DNA of 63,639 nt, counting the filler, from Welwitschia mirabilis (lineage: Eukaryota): the NCBI GenBank assembly GCA_051453625.1. It is 4 parts of one record of this genome, joined end to end, with 100 filler letters (N's around TTAATTAATTAA, not from the genome) between each part and the next. Parts side by side here need not be neighbours in the genome. Positions count along the whole stretch, not along the records: positions 53,132 to 61,266 come from JBOZIK010000001.1; positions 61,367 to 63,639 come from JBOZIK010000001.1; 2 more parts are not named here. One strand, given 5' to 3'. Below the pieces are notes generated by a model. It did not search any database, was not told the origin of the DNA, and worked only from the letters and a program-made list of their open reading frames with translations. A program made the position numbers and the translations under genes. Below are positions 54,214-63,639 of this stretch, in pieces. Within the stretch, counting starts at the first letter, position 1. Every line of letters begins with the position of its first letter.

Positions 54214-54583
54214 CATAGTTAAATGGATCAGAGTGGATCATGGAGTGGTTTTTTGATTTGAAGATTCCAAATTGATAAATCACGTAAGATCATTTTACAG
54301 ATCATCATAGATTGCCTACTAATTTTTATAAAATCATAGGTTGAAACTTGAAAACTAGATTAAAACATTTAATTTAGTAAAGTCACAGGTTGAAAAAACC
54401 AGTTTCTGTAATTAAAGGTTGAAAAAATGATTGGTTTTTTTAATTGTAGGTTGAAAAAATAGTTTTTAATTTGTATATTTTGGTTTTTTTGGAGCTCAAT
54501 CTAGTTCTGATGTGGAGCACCTTCCATGGAGCATTATCTAGAATTGCATGGATCGCAATTTCGATTTGCTTCATCTAACATTA
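54214..54583. mobile_element. hAT-type non-autonomous element (MITE-like), 370 bp
   Basis: TIR catagttaaatgga / tcatctaacatta; 8-bp flanks cttacaac / cttacaga (6/8 match); four internal aggttgaaa repeats. Confidence 0.65.
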
Positions 54584-55543
54584 CTTACAGAACCAATGGA
54601 TTCTATACATGAGCTTCATTGCTAGATGCCTTTGCCCTTATCAACTATTCTTGCTAGCATTAAGCCCAAAGCTCTTAAAAGAGAAGGGAGAGGACTTCAA
54701 GAGACTCTTCATTAAAAGCAACATAGGACCCAATGTATTTAGAGATCAAGCAAGGTCTCTGCACCCCTAGATCTTTGAAAAACCTCCATTTAACTCTACT
54801 CTTTCATGAGTTTATTCTTGTCATGCCTATAGGATCTCCCAAAAGACTCTTATGCAAGTTGCAAGGGATATTCAAAGTTATATTCATATCAGAAAGCTTT
54901 AATACTGTAGGCTCTGCTAAAACCCTGTTATGCAACCTTGAGATTAAAAAAGCTTTTATAAGAAAGGAAAGTAAATAAAAAGTTTCTAAAAAAAGGAATG
55001 CACAATTCTGTCTTCAGGTGTAGAAGAAACAATAACCAACTATGTATATAGAGTATTTTTCATCTAAGTTATGTCATCAAAATTCTATGATGCAAATAAG
55101 GCACTTTTAGCACATGCTTTTAGTCTCTCTAATACTATTTATCATAACATTTCTATGGTTAGTGACATCACCTACATCACTTTTTATAAAGTTACTAGAC
55201 TACATTTCCATATTTAGTTTAGAAAAGTTATTTCATTAAGATTCGACAATGACATCCTTCACACATGACACATTGATTTTACCTTAATCACAAATTGATG
55301 CAAGTAATGTAGAAAACATGCTTCTAATAGGTGGGTAACATGTGAAAAATGGCCTTGTCTTTATATTCACACAAGCATATTGTACACATTGCATCTTGTC
55401 TTAAATGAAAATGTCAATTGCTATATTTTATGATTGGAAAAGTCTCCACCACCACATGTTCAATTCCATTGATTCCACATTATAACTCTGAACTGAAGCT
55501 TATGATCAACCTTTAAGATACATAAGATAAGTAATGTCGGAAT

Positions 55544-56648
55544 CATAGTTAGATGGATTGGAGTAGATAGTGGAGCATTTTTTAATCTAGATATTCCAAA
55601 ATACTAGATCACTCTACATTATTTTATGGATTGCTGTAGATTGCATAAATTAAAAAAACAAAAAATAGTGTATATTTTAAAAATATGGTTATTATAGATT
55701 ACAAAACATACATGTTTAACATACCATTCTAAAGTAAAGAACCAAGTTTTACTATTGTAACATTATATTAATTCCTTATTTTTTATTCTTAATTTTTGTA
55801 TTATTTACTTATTTTTAATTTTCATAAAATAAATTATTAGAAATTATTTTAAATTACAAAATTATTATATTCAAATTTTTATGATCTTGATAAATAAAAA
55901 AACATACAAATCATATGGAATGAAAAGTGGAAAGATTTGTGGAAACCTATAAATAGTGGTGATGAGCCCTTAAACATTGGAAAATGCAAGATTTGTGTTC
56001 AGACACATTCTGCATGATAAAAATATTACCCTCTAATATTTCAAGCATTTCATTTTTTGTTAGAAATCCTTCATGATCATGTTTTCTTGTATAATAAGTA
56101 AATATTTAATTGCTGAAAGACAAAGAAACTTATGTCAAGTTTAAAAAAAAGGGCTATGAGGTTCATAAGGGAGAAGGTAAAGGAATTTCCAACATATAAG
56201 AGGTGGGTAGTCACTATATAGCTAGTGTATAACACACTGTATGTATATTTCTAATGCCTCCATTTTGAAAGATTATAACTATAAACAACTCAAATTTTTG
56301 TATTTGAGATATTTAATCCAATGCAAAACTCACCTAATGAAAAATTCCTAGCTGATCGAAGTTGGATAGTCACACCTTTTCTTCCTAGCTGATTGAAGTT
56401 TAGAATGATGTTGTAAACCCTTGTTTCTCTCCATCACTCATACTCTTCATTATGAAAATGTTAAAGAAATGAATGAAATTAAGTTTTAAACTTATTTATT
56501 TTTTTGACATGGTCCACATTTTTCCTAATCATTATAGATTGTGATCTAGAATGATCCACTCCAAATCATGATATGACATCTTAAAAGTATGTTATTTAGT
56601 GAAATTACACTCTTAAACCAATTTAAATTGGACTACTCCATAACTATG
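55544..56648. mobile_element. hAT-type non-autonomous element of the same family, ~1.1 kb
   Basis: TIR CATAGTTA / TAACTATG; 8-bp flanks gtcggaat / gttagaac differ only by transitions; first ~100 bp homologous to 54214-54320. Confidence 0.7.
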
Positions 56649-57421
56649 GTTAGAACATATCAAAGTCATTTATTACAAGAATCTAAAGTGAGATTATCTT
56701 CTAATCTAAATGAATGAACTACATAGTTTACATTAATCATAGATGTTTAATTGTTACTAAAAATTTTATAAAACATGAATGGAGCATTAAAATAATTAAG
56801 AGCTATAAGATAAAATCATCAAGTGAAATTATGAGTTAGATACTTTACGAATCTAGAGATTACCTTTCTAACTTTAAAATTACAAATTCATATAATTAAT
56901 TAAAGAAGTTTCTAATAGAATAGTATAAAAGAAAAATTGCAAAATTAACTTGAATAGGAAGAAAGATATATGTTAGCCTATTAAAAGTTTAAGCAAAGTA
57001 ACACTGAACTTAAAATGAAATTTCTCATGTCTTAGATGGCCAAAGAATTAAGATAGGCTTTAACATTAAGATCATTATTGCAATGTGAAAATGTAGTATA
57101 ATTGAATAATAAAAGGTACATGGTAGAAATTTTCATCTTTGATATCCTAATTTTATAATGCATCAAAACTTCTATAGAATATGAATAAGCAGATCAGAAG
57201 CAACTAGTTCCATTCTTCATCTTATATGAGGTGCTTATTAAAGAAAAACTCTACTGATAGTAATTGTGATGTAAAAATCTTGATTTTTATAATAATAAGA
57301 AGATATGAGCTTAGAAGATGATCTTGAAATAAACTTGAGCTTTCAAATAAAGTATTATAGGTGTAATACCTCTAGAAGGTGTGAACAAGCTACTTGTAAA
57401 CTAATTAAAGATAGATGCATC

Positions 57422-60400
57422 TAAGGGATCTAGAACCTTGAGGGGAAAGAGGGTGAATAGGATTTATTTAAAAAAAAAAAAAATCCAAAAGCTATCTCCA
57501 TAGGTATTGAATACTAGAAATATTTGTATGTATGAAATATCAAAAATGATCTATAAGTAAATAACTAAAAATAAAAAATACCAATGGATATTAGCACACA
57601 ATTTATAATGGTTCATGGAAGTTCCTACTCCACTCTTGATGGTTAGCTTATATCCAAGACTAATTCAGATCTTCATTAATCACTTTTTAAGTATTTTAGA
57701 TTTACCTATAATCTTTTACAATTGGACTTTTAAGAAGCTTAGGTTCCACCTTTAAAGAGAATTATTTTTAATGATAATAGTGTGTCATAATGCACAAGCT
57801 TCACTAGATCTTAAATACAATAATGATAGTGCTACACTGCTTGAAATGATATCATAATCCACATACATACAGTGCAATTTGATTGACCAAAATACTAATA
57901 ATCAAAAGATGTTCATTCGATTTTGATTAGGTAGGAGAGATGACAAAAAATCTATCAATGTTTTTGATAGCTGATAAATATATGGGAGATATGTTTTAGG
58001 GTTTTATAAGTAAATCAGATTCTCCAATGGATAAAAATAAGAAACCAACAACTAGAAAACTCCCATTTCCATTATGATGGATCAACCTCTTGAAATGTCC
58101 AGTTAACCTCATTAAGTGTAGTCACTAAAGTTGATCATCCTCATCTTCTTCTAGTTGACCTAAGCTTTTTACATCTCCATCTATAATTGACCCCATTTTG
58201 GATTCGATCGATCACATGTCCAATCGATCGTATTTTGGTCCAGTCAACCCCATGTGGAGAAAAGTGTAGAACAACATTTTTAGTCTAGATCCAGTTGATC
58301 CCTTAGGAATTTGATTGATCCCTTGATGATAAAAGATGAAACATTTTTACTCTAAGTCTAGTTGACCCATCAGAAATCTAGTTGACTCCTTAATCATTAG
58401 ATGTAATAAATTTATTGTACAAATTTAGTTGACCCCTTAGGAATCTAGTTGACCCCTCAGTGTTCTGGTTTTAACACTTCTTGGTATAAGTTCAATTGAA
58501 TCCTTAGGAATCTGGTTGATCCCTTTGAGAAATTTTAACTTATCAGTTTTAGATAAGGTTAGTAATAAATGTTTTCTGCTTTTGACCTATAAGGATTAAT
58601 ATGTTCTGCAAAGAATACAATATGTTTTGCTATACTATAAAATGTTAGTTTAATAGACATTGATGGAAAACTGTACTTCATTAAAACTATTAATTGAAAA
58701 AATCCCCCTTAAAAAATGCCCATTAGATTTGTAAAAGATTATTAAGCATGTTTATCCAAATTAAGCATCCATAATGGTTTTTCAAAGCAAGCTATATATA
58801 TAAACAAGTTCAAGTATAGTTCATAAGATATGTAATATTCATTAATATATGTAACAAAATCTTGGTTTATAGTAAATGATATATGCATTAATAAATAAGA
58901 CAAAATGATACCAGATTCATTTTTATTAATTAGTTTTAAGTATTAAAATAAAAAGATACTCATAAGAGTAATTACAACTGAGAAAAACTAATAAGTACTA
59001 CTAAGAATAATTGATAACATCTGATAACAACTGATAATAATTAAAAGTACAATTGCTATTTCTCCTCCTTTTAACATCAATGACAAAGAAGAGAAAATAA
59101 AAAATAACAAGCACAATTAAAACATAACAGAGAAAAGAAGAAATTAATCTGATTCTTCTTCTTCTTACTTCTTCTCAGATTCTTCTTTAGAATCTGAGTC
59201 TTCTTCATCTTTTCTTCGTCGGCCACCTTTTGAGTAAAGCTACTAACTTCCTTAGAAGTATTAGAAACCTCATACCCTATTAAAATTAGAGCCTCTTTCA
59301 TGTTTCTTGTATGGAAATCCAACCTCTTCAGGTATAAAAGAGTCTCTTCAGGAAATGCTTATTTTGAATAAGGAGGCTAAGAAGATTTCTTTAAATCAGA
59401 GAAAATGTGCATGAGGGACAGGGTTGCATGATTAATGGTAGAAATAGGAGTTAAAATTTTTGACTAGAGATGTATCTAAACTCTAAAATGATGATAGATA
59501 TTTGTGATTAAGATAGAGTAAGGAAGAGCCCTAGTTTTATAATACTCTAACTGAGAGATCATATTTTTAAGCATAATGATAAAAGCATTAATAGAATGAC
59601 TAGTTCGTATTAAATACAATAGATAACTCCTATAGTTGAAGGTATTATTACAATGGCTCATAAGAGGTAAGAAGTTATATGTAAAAACCAAATGAAGAAA
59701 GTGGTACTTTAGGATAAGGTAGGAGGTGGAGAGGATGGTTTTTCACCAAATAAATTTACAATAGAGCTCCCTAATAAGCTCTACCTTATCCTTTATGGAA
59801 TCATGCAAGGGCCAAAAATCCTCCTAATCTCCTCTAGGGAGATTTGTGAGGAAGGCTATGAGATCTATAGTAAACCTAATCCACATCCCTAAGGTTTCTA
59901 AGTTCTTTAGAAGTAACAGACCTTTCTTGGTAGACAGGATTTTTATCAAACTTCTCTAAAAACCTATCTAAAGCTTTATCTGAAATTTTATAGTAAAACC
60001 ACCTCAGATCTTTACTTTCTGGCTCCTTCTGATGAGATATTATTAAGGAATCCTCTACCATTTGAAAGCATGTGACACTTTTTAAAGATAAAAGAACTTA
60101 AAAGATACAAGAGAGACAAGTGGATAGATGTGAATGAGGCAGGTTAGGGCTTCATAAGAATTTATAAAGAGGGATGATCAAGTTAAATTTAAGTAAAAAA
60201 TTAGGTCCACTTCCTATCTCTCACTTTATAACCTTATAGGCTTGGTCAGCCAACTTATAACCTAGTTGACCCAATGAGACTTGGGTCACAAAAATTTTTA
60301 GATCTAGTTGACTGGGTCTTTATACTAGTTAGCCTGATTGGATTTAAATTAATCTAAAAAAGATTGAGCAACTAGATGAAAATGCAATTACCTAAATTCT

Positions 60401-61266
60401 TCTCCAAATTCAGTCGATCGAATGTAAGATTAAGGGTTTTATGAAAATATCGGCTAGTTGTCTATTAATGCTTATAAACTTCAATGAAATGTTTCCTTTT
60501 TCTACTTGATATTTAAGAAAATAATGTCTTATTTTAATGTATTTAATTCGAGACTACTAAACATGGTTCTTCAAAATATTAGCTATACTAATATTATCAC
60601 AATAGATTGAAACCTATTCAAAATTTACTCCAAAGTCTTTGAGAATCTCCTTCATCCATAGAATATGGGTATAATAACTCCCTATTGCTATATATTCTAC
60701 TTTTTCTATGAAAAGAAAGATAGAGTTTTACTTCTTACTTACACATCCTACTAAGCATAATCCTAAGAAAAAACAATTTCCACTAGTGCCTCTTCTATCA
60801 TCTTTACAACCAACCTAGTTTGCATTACTAAAACCTATAAGTTCAAATGAAAGTTTTTGTAGGATATCATAATCAATAGTCACTTATGCATTTTATGTAT
60901 TTTATGATTCTTTTGACAGCTTAAAGGTGTGATTCCTTTGGTTGATGAGGTCTACTTGTAGTTAGACATCATAGACTTCCTATCATACTTCTATAAAGTT
61001 TTTTGGTCCACAAATTTTTCATGTTCATCAAGACTAATCTTACATGAAGCTAACATAGGTGTGTTAGTTGATTTTACATTTTCTAGTTTAAATCATTTGA
61101 TTAAGTCCCTTGAGTATTTAGATTAAGATATGAAAATTCCGTGTCTTGTTTATTTAATTTGGAGACTAAAAAACATATGAAATTCATCAAGCATACTCAT
61201 TTCAAAATGTATTATCAGAATGCTAGTGAATTCTTTTGAAAGAACTTTTTTTGAGGCTCCAAAAAT
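57422..61266 (-). mobile_element. Third SIRE copy, 3' half: RT-RH (~60385-61266), extra ORF, PPTs, 3' LTR (~57422-58680)
   Basis: Minus strand YRSMIGSL, GFSNAN*VGCKDDRRGTSG, ADIFIKPL; PPT context at ~59060-59090 matches 38790-38824; LTR carries repeated agttgaccc motifs. Confidence 0.88.
59150..60061 (-). pseudogene. SIRE env-like (extra) ORF, degenerate
   Basis: Lies between pol and the PPT; WFYYKISDKALDRF..F.KNPVYQER and HLVFTYNFLP...YLLYLI...IN...IM...ALPYSILITNI resemble the plant-transposon/env-like proteins of Sireviruses. Confidence 0.75.
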
Positions 61267-61366
61267 NNNNNNNNNNNNNNNNNNNNNNNNNNNNNNNNNN
61301 NNNNNNNNNNTTAATTAATTAANNNNNNNNNNNNNNNNNNNNNNNNNNNNNNNNNNNNNNNNNNNN
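61267..61366. other. Artificial scaffold spacer (44N-TTAATTAATTAA-44N)
   Basis: Identical structure to the other two spacers. Confidence 0.95.
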
Positions 61367-61830
61367 TGTTTTTAGCTTTTCCTTTTTATAGATAGGTATT
61401 TTGTGTGAAGTCTTCTCTTTGAAGTAATGGAAAGTTTGAATTTTGAAGTTAGAAGAGAAAGAGTGTGCTACTAGTAAAGGCAATATCTTCATTTTCAAGT
61501 TCATCTTCATGTTAGATATCAGCATTCACTGAAGAACAAAACGACAAATCAACAAACTTGCATGGTAAGCAGCTCCCGAATACTTTCAACGGCTTCCATC
61601 TTCACCATTACTTTCAGGCCCTCTCAAGCACCTTCCTGGCTTGATCTTCTTTGAAAAGAAAATTGCTTGCACATAACTAGGTTTGTTGTTTTTAGCTTTT
61701 CCTTTTTATACATAGGTATTTTGTGTGAAATCTTCTCCTTGAGGTAATGGAAAGTTTGAATTTTGAAGTTAGAAGAGAAAGAGTGTGCTACTAGTAGAGG
61801 CAATATCTTCATTTTCAAGTTCATCTTCAT
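61367..61830. repeat. Direct repeat, 144 bp (61367-61510 and 61687-61830)
   Basis: Offset 320 bp, 5 substitutions counted by eye; the first copy is truncated by the spacer. Confidence 0.92.
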
Positions 61831-63240
61831 CGCTTAGGAAGACTATCTTTCCCTTGCCCTCTGAATGGAAAGAAAATTTTATTGTAATGTAAGGTCATAG
61901 AAAGGAAGAAAAGAGTAAGAAATGAAGGATTGTTCCACTTACTTGACTTGGAGCCTCCAATGCAAGAGTAGAACTTCCTACCTCAAAGGGAGTTGAAGCC
62001 TTCTCCTCCTATAGAAGAAGTAAGGCATTAGAGCATGAAGAAAGAAGAAAAGCAAAGAAAGATTTCAAAGGATGATGTTGTCTAATAAGTCTTTGATGAG
62101 TACCAAGTCTTCCTCATCCAAGTCTTGCTCCTTTTCCTTCCCCTTTCCTTTGGATGAAGAAGCTTTGCTAGTGCTAGTTCCTTTCCCTATTTAAGGATCT
62201 TCCCTTTCTCCTTCCTTTTGTCATTCCTGAAATAGAGATTCTCCAACCTACCCCCCTTTGTGTAAAGCCTCGCTCCTAGGAAGGAAGACGACCCAAAGGT
62301 TGCCTTCCCATCTCTTAGAAGAGCCAAGACATCCGTACTTTCTATCCTACTTGCCAACCATGGCCTTATAGCTTGGATGTAGAAAGAGGCTACACATTTC
62401 AATTTATCATTCTTGTAGAAGTGGGTAAGGATAGTTGTTAACCCTTATCTCTTATGAAAGCCCAAGCAAATCTCACCCCATTCATCAAAACATCACACAT
62501 AGCTTCAAAGGTAACTCAGGGATTTTGGTGCCTTTCTCAAACAAAAGGATTCTAGAACAAGCAAATAGACCTCACTTGCTCTCAAAAGAGATAGACTAAG
62601 ATGCCTTTGTCATTCTTTAAGGTTTCGGCATAGACTCCTAGAATTCTCCACTCCTCAAGCAAGGTAGGAAGGTTCTTACTAGCTGACAAATAGAGGGGAG
62701 GACTACTTTCTCTGGAGGGGAGCTCAAGCATTAAGCCTATGTCATCTACAAGAAAAGGAATCTAGAAGTGGACAAGTAGATGTGACTTTGGATTAAAGGG
62801 GAACCAACTCTTTTTTTGGATCAGGTCCTAGTTTGTGTTGATGTCTTCTGCGAGAGTTGAATGAGTCTTAAAGATAGGGAAGAAGATTAATTTGTAGAGA
62901 CCAGCTTGGTGGGTGTTCCAATTTAGGGTGGCATCTTCTCTAATATGTTCAAACAAGGACTAGTAATCTATGGTCCCATATTTTCCATGTTCTCTTCCCC
63001 AGTTGGCAACCTGTAGCCCATCCAAGAAGGGGGACCTCTCTTCCACAAATGGCAACCTGTAACCCATTCAAGAAGTTGGACAATTGTAGGGTTCATTTCA
63101 ACAAGCTCTGGAGAGCAACGAGACTCCATTAAAAGAGTTCCTCCTTTATTCTAGGAATCAAAGAATGCAAATGAGTGAAAATATCAAAGTAGAAATAGGA
63201 GGAGAAGACAGACACACCTATGCCATTTAAAGGAGCTCAT
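61830..63240 (-). pseudogene. Probable Tat/Retand-type accessory ORF remnant (Transposase_28-like)
   Basis: Minus strand WFPFNPKSHLLVHF*IP resembles the LRFP.HP....L..F.I motif; later low-complexity SKASSSKGKGKEK; higher GC than the rest of the window. Confidence 0.4.
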
Positions 63241-63562
63241 GTTGCCCCTTTTGTCGACTTCTTTGCTTGTGAACTTGAGTTGCCCAATGGCAAATCTTCC
63301 TAGCCACACCATAAGCAAGGCCAAGGGTTTTAGGAATCCCAAGGTACTTTTCCTTAGGTTTTGTGTCACCATTTCAAAAATAATGATTTAATGTGGCAGT
63401 GACTGATGGCGACCTCATTTGATCTTACCACAAGTTAATTTCAAAGGGCCACTTTTGAACTTCAAGTTGATCACATCAGTGTGATGTCTCATCATGGGAG
63501 TTGTATTTTCTCCTGTTTTCTCTTCCTTCCCCATGGTAAGTCCATGTTCAACATGTTAATCT

Positions 63563-63639
63563 TGTTAGAAAAATGTAGTAGAGCAAAAGCAAAATGCAAA
63601 TATCAACACACCAGATTTACGTGGAAAACCCCAATGTGG
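63563..63639 (-). mobile_element. End of a copia LTR (Tork/Tnt1-like), truncated by the window edge
   Basis: TGTTAG terminus followed by agatttacgtggaaaacccc, which I recognise as the reverse complement of a copia U5 motif. Confidence 0.55.

Noticed and set aside
50949..61266. SIRE 5' half and SIRE 3' half as one element
   Set aside because: Opposite strands, different scaffolds and clearly diverged LTR termini.

Overview
AT-rich plant-like, CpG-depleted repeat-dense sequence with no intact host gene, RNA gene or CRISPR array that I can support. Three identical 100-bp artificial spacers (44 N + TTAATTAATTAA + 44 N) show that it is four concatenated scaffolds: 1-21594, 21695-53031, 53132-61266 and 61367-63639. 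Almost all readable sequence is decayed, nested LTR retrotransposon. It includes Athila-like and Tekay (chromovirus) Ty3/gypsy remnants, several Ty1/copia remnants, and three SIRE (Sirevirus) copies. One SIRE copy is structurally complete (32807-40574: two LTRs, PBS, multiple PPTs, near-perfect TSD) and is nested in an LTR of a non-autonomous Athila-like element, which in turn interrupts a copia. There are also two related hAT-type non-autonomous elements, a PMD/Mutator-like repeat present twice in inverted orientation, and a Transposase_28-like ORF remnant. The oddest stretch is 6860-10480: a very degenerate RT followed by an RNase HI-like FDGGS motif and a coiled-coil-like tract, with no visible integrase and flanked by opposite-strand blocks. 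All domain calls come from manual translation and motif recognition, not database searches, and many boundaries are approximate.
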